DNA of 64,000 nucleotides from Escherichia phage FEC14. Positions 28,608 to 38,579 of this stretch are shown piece by piece. Every line of letters starts with the position of its first letter. The stretch's first letter is position 1. The notes under the pieces were generated by a model, which worked only from the letters and a program-made list of their open reading frames with translations, had not been told where the DNA came from and ran no database searches. Location: sequence record MG383452; one strand, 5' to 3'. Position numbers and translations under genes: made by a program.

Positions 28608-28973
28608 ATGAAGCAATTTGTTGGTTTATACGCAGTAGGGGAAGACCAAGAAGCAATTCTTTCCATATCAGAACAACGTTCGTCATTAAAAGGCGTTTAT
28701 TTACAAAGCCTTTTCTGTACATCGGGGTTTATTGTGTCACCGATGTTGGTGATACCATTACTCCCAAATAACAAAGGTCTGTATGTTGGCATTATTCAAC
28801 AAGGCCAGGCGCGGGAAGTGAAAGTTGTTCCACTGCTGGCATCTAATGAAGAATTGTTTTCTCAGATTCTTGAGCCGAAAGTGCTACAACAATGTATTGG
28901 CACGATCGACTGTTTATTTGGTTCCAACAAAGAAGGCGAGGCAACCCCCGCCTATGTGAATCAAGATATTTGA
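28608..28973 (+). CDS. hypothetical protein (121 aa), plus strand
   Basis: Plus-strand ORF filling the gap before uvsW; weak RBS. Confidence 0.35.
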   Translation: MKQFVGLYAVGEDQEAILSISEQRSSLKGVYLQSLFCTSGFIVSPMLVIPLLPNNKGLYVGIIQQGQAREVKVVPLLASNEELFSQILEPKVLQQCIGTIDCLFGSNKEGEATPAYVNQDI

Positions 28974-28978
28974 AATGG

Positions 28979-30481
28979 TTAGAGCGCCACTTTTTTCATT
29001 TTAACAGGGTGGCGCTCCATAAGATAAAATTTATATCTCTCATGAGAATGCCTGAGAGCATGGTTGTAGGAACCGTTGTAACGCAGGTTGTCTACCAGGT
29101 CCCAGATTCGCGCAACATCCTTAGAGGAATGCTGACGCATCAAACGCCCCAATGTCTGTATAACACGGATATAAGATTTGCTGGGATGGGCCAATATCAG
29201 ATGATGGAGTTTTTTGATAGATACGCCCTGTTGCATAGTACCATATGATGCTAACAGTGTTATATCTTCCCCTTCTTCCATAGCAGCCTGAATCTGTTTA
29301 CGAACTTCTGTCTTGACTTCCCCGTTGATGACGAATACGTTTTTCTTGACTGCCGATAGCATTTCATAAACCAACATCATGTGTGCATCGATACGTTCGA
29401 ACATGACTGCGACGTTCCCTTTCAAAGATAGAGCCATTCGGGCTATCAATTCATTGCGGCGTTCGTTAGCAATGAGGAATTCTATTTCCTTTTGATACTC
29501 AGCACCGTGCATTTCAATACAGTCTGCCATAGGATGTATGACTTCAATCATATTAACATTGATGTCTGCCGCATATCCTAGATCGATTAAATCGCGCGCT
29601 GTAATAATTTTATGATATGCGCCAAAGTGAGCAACGACTTGTAACCCTGCGACCTTTGTATTCGCCAGGGTTCCGGTTACTCCCAAACGTTGATCAGCGT
29701 TAATACAGTTGTTCAAGATGTAAGACAATTTATCTGATTTTGATGTATGTACTTCGTCAACGACGATATCTCCAAATTGATGGAACCACTCTTTGGGTTG
29801 GTTCTGGATACCTTGCCAAGTTGAAATAACTATGGGTTTGAAAATCTCTTTCGTTGCCCCTTCGTATATTGTCTGGACGTTCATCAATGGCTTCCATTCT
29901 GTCCCGTGGCTATATTCTTCGAAGTTGTCATACAACTGAGTCACCAAATGAATGGATGGTACAACAATTAACGTCCTCAGATTACTTTCGAGGGCATCTC
30001 TGCGTTGCCTGTAGTAACGCGCCATGATGTACAAAATAAAGGATTTGCCAGCACTCGTGGCAGCTTCGAGGACACATCTGCTTTGGCGTATTGCTGTGGC
30101 AACAGAATCAAATTGATAATCGCGGACAATCGCTTTTTGATATTGTTTGTTTTCGTCTCGGTACACCGCATTCAATGTATCGATGAACGCATGAATTTCT
30201 TCATCCGGAATGTCTTGAATATATTTTAAGGCCGGATCTAATTTGATGGTGTAACCGTTCATCTTACAGAATTTGAACACCTCAAATAACAGGCCGATGT
30301 CGATAAGCCCAGAACTCTTTGTGAACAACCGCACTACGCCGTCCCATTTACTGAACGGATTCGGTTGGAAATTAGGATCTTCAAATTTGAAGTAATCGTT
30401 GAGTTCTTCACGGATATAATCCTCGGCAAGGATCCGCATTCTAACTTCGTTCACTTTGACTATTTGGATCTCAGACATCAC
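28979..30481 (-). CDS. uvsW: UvsW SF2 DNA/RNA helicase
   Basis: ATSAGKS (Walker A), DEVH box, length 500 aa and overall colinearity with T4 UvsW (PTSAGRS, DECH). Confidence 0.85.
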   Translation of the reverse strand: MMSEIQIVKVNEVRMRILAEDYIREELNDYFKFEDPNFQPNPFSKWDGVVRLFTKSSGLIDIGLLFEVFKFCKMNGYTIKLDPALKYIQDIPDEEIHAFIDTLNAVYRDENKQYQKAIVRDYQFDSVATAIRQSRCVLEAATSAGKSFILYIMARYYRQRRDALESNLRTLIVVPSIHLVTQLYDNFEEYSHGTEWKPLMNVQTIYEGATKEIFKPIVISTWQGIQNQPKEWFHQFGDIVVDEVHTSKSDKLSYILNNCINADQRLGVTGTLANTKVAGLQVVAHFGAYHKIITARDLIDLGYAADINVNMIEVIHPMADCIEMHGAEYQKEIEFLIANERRNELIARMALSLKGNVAVMFERIDAHMMLVYEMLSAVKKNVFVINGEVKTEVRKQIQAAMEEGEDITLLASYGTMQQGVSIKKLHHLILAHPSKSYIRVIQTLGRLMRQHSSKDVARIWDLVDNLRYNGSYNHALRHSHERYKFYLMERHPVKMKKVAL

Positions 30482-30507
30482 TAATTTCCCCCAATATTAT
30501 GGAGTAT

Positions 30508-31281
30508 TTAGCGATCCGCCCAGATTCCTTTCTGTTCTTTACCCATTTTGTGATACAGACGGACACGATCAAACATTTTAGAAATAACGTCTTTGCGATC
30601 GAATTCGATTATGGTGGGAACAAGGGCATTTTCGTTGGATATAATATTGATTAAACGCTCTATCTTGACATTAAACATTTGTTGAAACATGACTGAGTAT
30701 AGACACAATTGAATACTATAATCTTCTATCATGCTTCGAGTTTTTAGGGTGTTGGATGTTTTGAAATCGATTATGCTTGGAATTCCTTCGTAAACCCCGA
30801 TGAGGTCAACACGACCAGCAAGACCCAGGACTTCGCTATATAATGGAATCTCTTGTGCATATATCTTGCTCATTTTGTTAAGGTAGGGGAAAACCTGTTT
30901 GAACATAAACACGTATTCCCCTGCAGCTTCCAGAACTTCCTTCATTGGTCTGTTTTTGAGATACAACTCACAAGCCAAATGAAGTTTTTCCCCACGGTCT
31001 GCGCAACGATGTGTTTCTATATCAGCAGCTTCATGTCCCAACTTGTCCCGCCAGGCTTCTAACCATGTGTGGTCACCAGTACGCCCTAACATGGTCGTCA
31101 CTGAAGTTAGTTTGACTCCAGTGGGGGAAACATAGTGACGACCATTTTCGGTAGTTACGCAAGTCAGTTCCTTAAACGGCAAGGAATATTGCTGAAATGT
31201 GTGATGACGATTTTCAAAGTCATTAAGTTTGCGCAAAGCCTGTAGAGAAACCATTACATCCCATCCAAATATTTTCGCCAA
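30508..31281 (-). CDS. putative PD-(D/E)xK nuclease
   Basis: GRVDLIGVYEGIPSIIDFKTS fits D...(D/E)xK catalytic motif; located between uvsW and uvsY. Confidence 0.45.
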   Translation of the reverse strand: MAKIFGWDVMVSLQALRKLNDFENRHHTFQQYSLPFKELTCVTTENGRHYVSPTGVKLTSVTTMLGRTGDHTWLEAWRDKLGHEAADIETHRCADRGEKLHLACELYLKNRPMKEVLEAAGEYVFMFKQVFPYLNKMSKIYAQEIPLYSEVLGLAGRVDLIGVYEGIPSIIDFKTSNTLKTRSMIEDYSIQLCLYSVMFQQMFNVKIERLINIISNENALVPTIIEFDRKDVISKMFDRVRLYHKMGKEQKGIWADR

Positions 31282-31709
31282 TCAATAGCATTCTTCACTT
31301 CATATCCGAGTTTGTTCAAACGATCTAAGCAACTTTCGATGAACTTGACTTTGGCTTTCTGCTCTTGAAGCATGCTAGACAATTCGATATAATCATCATC
31401 TGCTTTTACCCATACGTCTATATCAGATTTCAGGGGGCGAACTTTTAATGGACGTTCAACATAAACGTTGGGTGGCAATTCCCCTGCATAAAATCGGCGT
31501 AAATAGAGATCTATTTGGCGGAATTTGCCAGTTAGATACTCCAGATATCTTCCTTCACGAATATAATGGCGTTGCACAGTCATCCACGAACGACCAATTT
31601 TCAATGACATTTGGTCTAAGTTCATGTCTTCAGGATTTACCGAAATAAGAGGCTCCAATTCTGCCATTATATCTTCGGTTTTCATCGTTTCAAGTTTTGT
31701 TTCGCTCAT
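31254..31709 (-). CDS. uvsY: recombination mediator UvsY
   Basis: Size and C-terminal half (YLRRFYAGE...) resemble T4 UvsY (RLDYYSGRGDG...); neighbourhood with uvsW. Confidence 0.55.
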   Translation of the reverse strand: MSETKLETMKTEDIMAELEPLISVNPEDMNLDQMSLKIGRSWMTVQRHYIREGRYLEYLTGKFRQIDLYLRRFYAGELPPNVYVERPLKVRPLKSDIDVWVKADDDYIELSSMLQEQKAKVKFIESCLDRLNKLGYEVKNAIDWRKYLDGM

Positions 31710-31762
31710 GATTTATTCCCTGCTGTTTCAACTCTCTGTATTATAACTCTCTGTATTATAAC

Positions 31763-32260
31763 TTATTGTTTATCAATTTCGCGGGTGACGCGAGTCGGAG
31801 TCAGTTTCAAATATTTGAACGTGACAGTCGTGACCAGTTGGGGAACCGCAGCATCCACATCCACCAATACGTTGTCCAAAGCTGTGGGACGGGCTTCTTC
31901 CAACAACAATTGTAGACCAACAGGGCGATTCATGTTATTAAGAAGGTCGATGGTGATGTCACGGCTAACAGCTAAATCAGATCCAGCATTGGACGCAATC
32001 CAATTGTAAATCTGTTCCCAGTTGTACCAACTCTCATCGATAACGAACGTAAATACGATGGGGTCATACGTGAGACGTTCTGAAGGTATGGAGTTGAGCA
32101 CATCGCCAGGGGATGGACCCTCGATACCTTCAGAATACACTCCAGGAATACTGAAGTCATGTATTGAACGAGTAAGCAATATCAGGTCTCCGATAGTTAA
32201 GCGCCATTTATCGGAAGCCGCGAAATTAGGATTTTCGTTTTTGAATTGTACACCTGTCAT
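31763..32260 (-). CDS. hypothetical protein (165 aa)
   Basis: Minus-strand ORF. Confidence 0.45.
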   Translation of the reverse strand: MTGVQFKNENPNFAASDKWRLTIGDLILLTRSIHDFSIPGVYSEGIEGPSPGDVLNSIPSERLTYDPIVFTFVIDESWYNWEQIYNWIASNAGSDLAVSRDITIDLLNNMNRPVGLQLLLEEARPTALDNVLVDVDAAVPQLVTTVTFKYLKLTPTRVTREIDKQ

Positions 32261-32290
32261 GTTAGCACCTTTGCTGTGGAGAACGTTTTA

Positions 32291-32944
32291 GTGTTCCTGA
32301 CACGCGGATTCAGAAAATGGATCATGACGATGATAATGGTGCTTGCACTCACAAGTTGCCGTATCTTTGTCACGTCCGTCATTTCTGTAACCGACCTCTG
32401 GGATCCTGAAATCAGAACCATACCTGTTAACATCTCAGCCGACATTGATAAATGCAATAAAAATATTCTGAATCAAGTAGTATCTGATTTTCAGAACTTT
32501 CAGACTCTTCAAGCTGTTGGTTGTTTTGATGATAACAACCAGTCACTGAGACCATACTGGAAAACCACGATTCCCCTATTGAGGAAAGGTGACGAAGGAA
32601 AGATCCCATATCTATCCGCAAGTATTTATTACTCTCAGAATAATAGCATCATAGCGACTTTCAACCCTTCTTTCTTTGACAAACTCAGAAGGAATACTCA
32701 AGCAAGGGACGTAGAAATCACCAGAGACGTTGCAATATCATTTCAGATAGTTAATAACACCAAATCTCCGATCCGAATTGCCACTCAGGGTGTTTTCGTT
32801 AATGGATCTGCTGTAGGTAATGAAATGAACATCTATGAAATAAGACCAGGCGGTAAAGTATGGATTCGAATGAGTGATGTTGGGGTGAACTCCCTGGTGA
32901 TGGAAGGTATCGAACCAGTGGGAGTTCTCCCCGCTAGACATTGA
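32291..32944 (+). CDS. plus-strand lipoprotein (start likely GTG giving MFLTRGFRKWIMTMIMVLALTSC signal with lipobox)
   Basis: Lipobox LTSC after a hydrophobic segment; GGAGA RBS before an in-frame GTG; track ORF 32246..32944. Confidence 0.45.
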   Translation: MFLTRGFRKWIMTMIMVLALTSCRIFVTSVISVTDLWDPEIRTIPVNISADIDKCNKNILNQVVSDFQNFQTLQAVGCFDDNNQSLRPYWKTTIPLLRKGDEGKIPYLSASIYYSQNNSIIATFNPSFFDKLRRNTQARDVEITRDVAISFQIVNNTKSPIRIATQGVFVNGSAVGNEMNIYEIRPGGKVWIRMSDVGVNSLVMEGIEPVGVLPARH

Positions 32945-33673
32945 TTATTTCAGGGACTCTTTTAATTCTGGAGTCCCTATTTTATCAATAACGCCTCCAG
33001 CACAGAGATCTTTGGCCCATTCTTCAAGAACATTCGCAAAAGAGAAGTTTAGACATTCTTTGATCATACTTTCAATATGAGCAAGTTCTGCAGCTATCCC
33101 ATCGGTGATATCGTTTATAACTCCATTGACGGCGGTTATTGCCTCATTGATATGTCCTGTTACTTCAGCAGCCAATTGCTGTAGTTTTGCCATCTCTTCT
33201 GAGGCACCTTCCATAATCATGTCATACAATTCCGATATCTTGTTTGTTACGGTCTGTAGAGCACCTTCCATAGCATTCAGCCATTGGCGTCCTAAATCCT
33301 GAACAACACCAAAAGCCTTGTTGATCAAATCACAATTGTTTGGCTCTCGTGATATACCCTTCAGACCTGATTTGTATGACACGGAAGTACCGATGCGAGA
33401 ATACGCGTCATTGATACTTTGGTCGCCATATGTGTTCAGTGTCGTTATCCCCGTGTTGGCGGTGCTATACATGGTGGTGGCTGCTGTGAGTTTTTCTGGT
33501 GTTAGTCCACCAGCCGCCATAGCCGCCTGCATCTCCGGAGTCGCGTTGGCAGTTATCAATGGTATATTGGTACTACCACTGGTGATTAAATCCTGTGAGG
33601 GTCCGGAGAGGGACGGAAGCGGGTTGCTAAATGCATTACCAGAGGAAAGGACATCGTAGATTTGTGCGTTCAT
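32945..33673 (-). CDS. hypothetical protein (242 aa), Gly/Ser/Thr-rich N-terminus and helical C-terminus
   Basis: Minus-strand ORF. Confidence 0.5.
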   Translation of the reverse strand: MNAQIYDVLSSGNAFSNPLPSLSGPSQDLITSGSTNIPLITANATPEMQAAMAAGGLTPEKLTAATTMYSTANTGITTLNTYGDQSINDAYSRIGTSVSYKSGLKGISREPNNCDLINKAFGVVQDLGRQWLNAMEGALQTVTNKISELYDMIMEGASEEMAKLQQLAAEVTGHINEAITAVNGVINDITDGIAAELAHIESMIKECLNFSFANVLEEWAKDLCAGGVIDKIGTPELKESLK

Positions 33674-33704
33674 AAAATACCCCCAATTTTGGGGGTATTT
33701 ATAA

Positions 33705-33875
33705 TCACGGAAGATGATAGATAAAATTCTCGCAGAACTTTTTGGTGTATTTCTTTAGAAATATAAATTTAGGTTCGCGTGGTGTATCTTTCAGATCATT
33801 TAGTGTGATATAACTGATTCGCGCCAGAAAGTACATGGTAAAAGCGACACAAAGAATCAAAATTAATTGCAGCAT
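33705..33875 (-). CDS. possible small hydrophobic membrane protein (about 56 aa)
   Basis: Internal Met of track ORF 33705..33965 preceded by GGAG; single TM-like segment LQLILILCVAFTMYFLA. Confidence 0.25.
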   Translation of the reverse strand: MLQLILILCVAFTMYFLARISYITLNDLKDTPREPKFIFLKKYTKKFCENFIYHLP

Positions 33876-33909
33876 AGCTAACTCCATATGGGTGTGAAGG
33901 CAAACATAT

Positions 33910-34332
33910 TTATAACAATCGTTTGGTTTTGGGTTTGCCCATGAGAGTGATATTGACATTGACACCTGCTTTTTTCATGCGGGTAATCATGTCTTGCGTC
34001 CCAGTAGACGAACCATCCCATAATGCAATTCCAAAGACCTCAAGACCTTTTTGTTTGGCCAGGGTTGTAGCTTTGTCTAACATATCTTTGTTACGTTGGT
34101 TTCCTGCGCCTTTCCCATATATCGTGTGATAATTCTTAGGGATCTCCATTGGTGTAACATGAACATAATTGATTTCACACCAATCACGAGATATCAAGTC
34201 CACACCAACCGCTTCACCTTCTATAAAAGTTTCGATCTCGTGGGGATCTAACAGTTCATCCAGTTTGGCGAAGATTTTATCCCGCTCGGTTATTGAGCGG
34301 GAACCTGTAATGAGCACGACATATTTCTTCAT
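33910..34332 (-). CDS. SLOG-family Rossmann-like protein (DUF2493-like, recalled from memory)
   Basis: From internal Met MKKYVVLITGSR...; motifs ITGSR, GEAVGVD, YGKGAGNQRNKDMLD. Confidence 0.45.
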   Translation of the reverse strand: MKKYVVLITGSRSITERDKIFAKLDELLDPHEIETFIEGEAVGVDLISRDWCEINYVHVTPMEIPKNYHTIYGKGAGNQRNKDMLDKATTLAKQKGLEVFGIALWDGSSTGTQDMITRMKKAGVNVNITLMGKPKTKRLL

Positions 34333-34337
34333 AGAAC

Positions 34338-34655
34338 TCACAGCGCCCCAAGATTGCTGATGACGTACAGGCTGCACAAGGGAGTCCCTGATGAACGAGG
34401 TTCTATGCTCATTCCCGAGAGGCGGATCAGTTCCAGCAAACCGTCGGTGGTCTGATACGCACGAGTCGAACCGTTTGGACGATATAGCTCCAACTCGGTT
34501 CGCCCTTCCTTTAATGCGTTACGGATGCGAGTGAACACACTGTGGGCTTGATATTTTTGACGTAGAATATCTAAACGGGTGATGAGATTTCGACTGCGGC
34601 TGCGACGTCCCGTTGACGAAACAACTAATTTCATTTCTGGTGTTTTACAAGCCAT
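34338..34655 (-). CDS. hypothetical protein (105 aa)
   Basis: Minus-strand ORF. Confidence 0.35.
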   Translation of the reverse strand: MACKTPEMKLVVSSTGRRSRSRNLITRLDILRQKYQAHSVFTRIRNALKEGRTELELYRPNGSTRAYQTTDGLLELIRLSGMSIEPRSSGTPLCSLYVISNLGAL

Positions 34656-34723
34656 GTTATAGTCCTCTATTTGTAGGGGTCGGGTATGATTTTAACATAC
34701 CCGTTCAAATGGTTTAGAACAAA

Positions 34724-35188
34724 TTACAGATCTTGGCACTGATCGCAATATTCGTCGTATGTGAATGTCTCATCACACAGACCGTCACGCATCATATTGG
34801 CCTTGGCTTCGCCAAATATTTTCAGGGTGATAACGTTGCCGCCTAAATCTTTACGAAGTTCGTTCGGCTTGGTTTCTATGAAGTCGAACACCACAAAGAA
34901 CCCTTCGGTGACATATTTGATGGTTTTGTTGCTCAGCTTACGAATGCCACCGTTCTTTTTGAAGATAGAGGTGCGGAGGTTTTCGAATTCAGCCAGGTTG
35001 TCATCGTGATTCTTGATAGCGTTCAGCATTGCGTCAAGGTCGATTTCAGGACGAAGCATTTTGACCTGATCTTCGCGGTCATAAGAAGTGAAAGATTCTA
35101 TGTTGGTGATGCCCAGAGCGTTCTTAACAAACGCGTCAAATTTGGTGAAATTGTTGAATGCCCAGACGGAGATTTTTACGGTTGTCAT
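34724..35188 (-). CDS. hypothetical protein (154 aa)
   Basis: Minus-strand ORF. Confidence 0.5.
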   Translation of the reverse strand: MTTVKISVWAFNNFTKFDAFVKNALGITNIESFTSYDREDQVKMLRPEIDLDAMLNAIKNHDDNLAEFENLRTSIFKKNGGIRKLSNKTIKYVTEGFFVVFDFIETKPNELRKDLGGNVITLKIFGEAKANMMRDGLCDETFTYDEYCDQCQDL

Positions 35189-35244
35189 GGTGTAGTTCCT
35201 TCATTTCAGAGTCAGTGTTGTGCTGCTTATGGAATGAAGTATAC

Positions 35245-35271
35245 GGGGTTTATTGAAGAAGTAAACCCCGT
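35245..35271 (-). terminator. hairpin CGGGGTTTA-loop-TAAACCCCG with the TTATTGAAGAAGTAAA element
   Basis: Inverted repeat 3' of the 35292..35546 ORF; element also found at window start. Confidence 0.4.
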
Positions 35272-35291
35272 TTATTGAATAAATTTTAAAT

Positions 35292-35546
35292 TTATTTGAA
35301 GCGATCAGGAAGAGTGTCGTGAACCTCAGCGCTCAGCACCAGGAACTTGCCGTCTTTAGTAGGGAAGCAGTAGTCTTTCTTGATGTGGCGCATGTGTTCA
35401 GCCGTAGCCGCTACACAGTCGTTAGTCACGTCGGTCTTCTCACCTACCCACATACTGGTTTTGGTATTCAATGTACCTTGGAAGATAGTGCCCGTCAACG
35501 GGCTTGCTCCAATCTTTTTGATTCTCATAATTTCTCCCAAGTCCAT
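35292..35546 (-). CDS. hypothetical protein (84 aa)
   Basis: Minus-strand ORF. Confidence 0.4.
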   Translation of the reverse strand: MDLGEIMRIKKIGASPLTGTIFQGTLNTKTSMWVGEKTDVTNDCVAATAEHMRHIKKDYCFPTKDGKFLVLSAEVHDTLPDRFK

Positions 35547-35899
35547 GTTTGCGCCTTGGCTTTTCCGACTACTGGAACGTTACGGTGCATGTTTCTGAAG
35601 CTGCCTGTCTGATAAAAACAGATCCTGATGCGTTCATTTTCGGTATGCTGTGCCCAAACATGATGACCGTCTGGGTATGGGTCGTGACCAGCGCTACCTC
35701 CTTGTAGAGCTGTTTTGGTAACGACATAATGCCCTTGCATGTAACCGAAGAATCCCTCAGGGGTGATATAACCAGAGTCCGTTTGCCAATCTCCCTTGCA
35801 ATTAGAATACAAGAAATGCTTAGGCACCTGAGTTTCAATGGTCATTTCTTCTGTGAGAACGAACACATCGCCGACTTGAAGCAGTGGTAAATTGCTCAT
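35525..35899 (-). CDS. hypothetical protein (124 aa)
   Basis: Minus-strand ORF. Confidence 0.45.
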   Translation of the reverse strand: MSNLPLLQVGDVFVLTEEMTIETQVPKHFLYSNCKGDWQTDSGYITPEGFFGYMQGHYVVTKTALQGGSAGHDPYPDGHHVWAQHTENERIRICFYQTGSFRNMHRNVPVVGKAKAQTWTWEKL

Positions 35900-35910
35900 A
35901 TATTAATCTC

Positions 35911-36357
35911 TCACATGTTGCTGATTTTAAATAAAGTCGGAACATAGCACGGGTGTTGTTCACAGGACATGAAGGTATCAAAACGGGAACCTTTAACCAA
36001 GCCAGGCAGTTCGCCTTTCTTCAGGAGATCACGCACTAACTCTTGCGTGTCATACCAACTTTTTGCTGGATTGGATTGGGCTTCTGAAACTCGGATTTTC
36101 AACTCCCCAGTCGAATAATATTTACCGCTTTCCTTCATATAATAAAGGTTGACGGTCAGATATTGAGGAGAATCTATTTCTTCCCAACCGTTATCAACCA
36201 AGTCTTGGCGGTCATTGTCGTGACTTTGATAATCAATGTCACCGCTGGCCAATTTATAGCATTTGAAAATGCGAAAACCTTCGATAGGTGTATCGATGTC
36301 GCTACGAAAAAACTGGGAACGTCCTGGACTAATAAAGATATAATTTTGTTTAGACAT
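35911..36357 (-). CDS. hypothetical protein (148 aa)
   Basis: Minus-strand ORF. Confidence 0.5.
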   Translation of the reverse strand: MSKQNYIFISPGRSQFFRSDIDTPIEGFRIFKCYKLASGDIDYQSHDNDRQDLVDNGWEEIDSPQYLTVNLYYMKESGKYYSTGELKIRVSEAQSNPAKSWYDTQELVRDLLKKGELPGLVKGSRFDTFMSCEQHPCYVPTLFKISNM

Positions 36358-36432
36358 GATGTAGTTCTCTCTTCAAAGTGTTATGTTGTGACAGTTGGGT
36401 AATGATGGTTCATTACCCATTTATTGAAAACA

Positions 36433-36747
36433 TTAACAATTATCTTTAGACTCGTCTTCACAATTTGGGTGATAAAACGTTCCCAGTTTAGTATGGATGA
36501 CGTCCATGTGAGCATTGATTCTATCGATGAAATCGTCCTGCTCTCCTTGTATGTTAAGGATAGCACCAACAAGACCTGGATTGTGTGTTGATTTTTCTTC
36601 AGAATCAGATTCGGGAAATTCACCATCTAATTGTCGACGAATATTGATCACATTAGTGAGGATGTCAAAAAGACGTTCTTTTTGGGTGCGGGAATTAATG
36701 AGGATTTGTGACACGGATTGTTCAGAGGTAATATTTCGGGTTGTCAT
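36433..36747 (-). CDS. hypothetical protein (104 aa)
   Basis: Minus-strand ORF. Confidence 0.45.
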   Translation of the reverse strand: MTTRNITSEQSVSQILINSRTQKERLFDILTNVINIRRQLDGEFPESDSEEKSTHNPGLVGAILNIQGEQDDFIDRINAHMDVIHTKLGTFYHPNCEDESKDNC

Positions 36748-36834
36748 GACTGATACTCCTGTTGTAAGAAAGTTATATCGTACAACAGGAATTGTTATTG
36801 AACTATTCGCGTATTAAATCGTTACGATAAACAA

Positions 36835-37071
36835 TCACGTATTTTGAGAAACATATTTCAGATATGCGTATTTGTAACCTTCCTCGGTGAGTACACACAG
36901 ATGTGTATCTCGACCTTTTGGTACGTTTTTAACATCAACTCGTTTACAAAACCCCAGGGAGGCCAATTCGGCTTCTCCAGATTTAGCAGGTATTTCCCCA
37001 GCTTCACGAGGTCCAAACCAGAAAAGAACGAATAGAGTATCGACTGCACCGCCAGATAATTGATGAGACAT
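36835..37071 (-). CDS. small protein (78 aa from internal Met MSHQLSGG...)
   Basis: Strong AAAGGAGG RBS before the internal ATG; track N-terminal extension runs through the gp23 terminator. Confidence 0.45.
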   Translation of the reverse strand: MSHQLSGGAVDTLFVLFWFGPREAGEIPAKSGEAELASLGFCKRVDVKNVPKGRDTHLCVLTEEGYKYAYLKYVSQNT

Positions 37072-37126
37072 TTTAACCTCCTTTGATAAATGAGGCTTTA
37101 TTATCTTACATATCCCTATAAAGAAA

Positions 37127-37146
37127 AACCCCGCCGAAGCGGGGTT
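37127..37146 (-). terminator. intrinsic terminator AACCCCGCCGAAGCGGGGTT with flanking T/A runs, 3' of gp23
   Basis: Perfect GC hairpin with tetraloop; identical 20-mer recurs near 43483 and 63717. Confidence 0.65.
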
Positions 37147-37165
37147 TGTTATCAAAACCTGTCGC

Positions 37166-38488
37166 TTAGAACAGAGATTTGATCAGACCTTTGCGGAAAT
37201 ACGGGTTGCTGTCTTGAGCAATACCGTCAGCAGTCACGTAAACCTGCGGGTCTTGGTTAGCCGGAATCTGTACGAACGGGTTAGCACAGATGCCGTAACG
37301 GGTTTTGAACGCCATACGCGGAGCGAAGGTGGTTTCACCCTGGGTGCGGTACATTTCCAGCGGCACATACGGTGCGAAGAAGATACCGGCATCCAGCGCA
37401 GTTGCGCCTTTGTATGCCAGGGTGATATATTCTGCTACAGCATACGGGTCAACATAGACGCGCATGCCGTTGGACAGAACACCAGCGAAGGTCTGGCCAG
37501 TCGGGTCAACAGCCAGTTTAGTGTTTTCCTGCAGAACCGGAGCATAGTCCAGCATGCCAGACATCGCCAGAGCGGATGCCACGTTCGGAGAACACAGAAC
37601 ACGGTTGCCTTTACCACGACGGGTGTCAACACCGATACCGTTCGCTTCAACTTCCAGCATGAAAGTCAGGAACTTCCATTTTTCCAGCGCCCAACGACCG
37701 GAGATGTCCTGCGCGATATCAACAACACCGTTGGTGCCGAATTTTTTGAAGCGAACAGCACTGAAGTTCATGGTACGGATGAATTCACGGTTCATTTCCG
37801 CCTGAATTTCAGTTACCATCACGTCAGACAGGATATTATCCACGTCTTCGCCGTGAATTGCCATCATGTCCTGACGCAGTTCATGGCTGTAATCAGCGTA
37901 CAGGCCGCGAGACTTGGCAGTAACAGTCGCTTTCTGAACAGTGATACCAACACGCGCCCAAGGGTTGGTGGTAGTACCCAGCAGTTCAGCATCACTTGAC
38001 GGCATACCTTTACCGATAGTGGTCACGCCAGAGCCGGAACCTTCGATCTCAGCCTGACTAAAGCCAGACGGGTCGCCAGCCTGTACAGTACCATCACCGG
38101 AATAGCCGGAATCGGCTTCCTGCATGAACAGTTCTTTACGAGACTGTGCGGTGTTGGAACTGTCACCAACGCCCTGGCGAGCGCGCAGTGCAAAGATCTG
38201 ACCGTCAGGACCAGACAGCGGCTGAACACCGAAGAAGTCCATCGCGATGTTGATCGGCGCCAGACGTTTTGCCATGTCGATCAGAACTGGCTGCCATTTA
38301 CCGACAGTGCTGTTCACAGAACCAGGTGCGTCAGATTCGCCCAGGTTTTTTGCGTTCCATTCAGCCTGGTTCTGCATCAGACGGATGGTTACGTTTTCGG
38401 CAGACAGAGGTTGAATAGCTTCAGATTCTTTTTGGAGAACTGGCAGCCACTGTTTGCGCATTTCTTCGGTTACAAGTTTCTTAGTCAT
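37166..38488 (-). CDS. 23: major capsid protein gp23
   Basis: Region FFGVQPLSGPDGQIFALR and C-terminus MAFKTRYGICANPF align with T4 gp23 (ICGVQPMNSPTGQVFALR, MGFKTRYGIGINPF); AAGGAA RBS. Confidence 0.95.
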   Translation of the reverse strand: MTKKLVTEEMRKQWLPVLQKESEAIQPLSAENVTIRLMQNQAEWNAKNLGESDAPGSVNSTVGKWQPVLIDMAKRLAPINIAMDFFGVQPLSGPDGQIFALRARQGVGDSSNTAQSRKELFMQEADSGYSGDGTVQAGDPSGFSQAEIEGSGSGVTTIGKGMPSSDAELLGTTTNPWARVGITVQKATVTAKSRGLYADYSHELRQDMMAIHGEDVDNILSDVMVTEIQAEMNREFIRTMNFSAVRFKKFGTNGVVDIAQDISGRWALEKWKFLTFMLEVEANGIGVDTRRGKGNRVLCSPNVASALAMSGMLDYAPVLQENTKLAVDPTGQTFAGVLSNGMRVYVDPYAVAEYITLAYKGATALDAGIFFAPYVPLEMYRTQGETTFAPRMAFKTRYGICANPFVQIPANQDPQVYVTADGIAQDSNPYFRKGLIKSLF

Positions 38489-38546
38489 GATGCTCGTTCC
38501 TTACATTGATATTCAGTTAAGTTGAAATTACTTAGTAGTTCAAAAT

Positions 38547-38568
38547 CAAGCCCCCTTTCGAGGGCTGT
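38547..38568 (-). terminator. hairpin 3' of gp22 followed by TGATTTTG on the minus strand
   Basis: Imperfect inverted repeat AGCCC...GGGCT between gp22 and gp23. Confidence 0.35.
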
Positions 38569-38579
38569 GGCTGCTAAAA

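Noticed and set aside
36835-37155. Possible gp24 vertex protein downstream of gp23
   Set aside because: The ORF is only about 78 aa from its RBS-supported start and shows no similarity to gp23 or gp24; this phage appears to lack gp24 in this position
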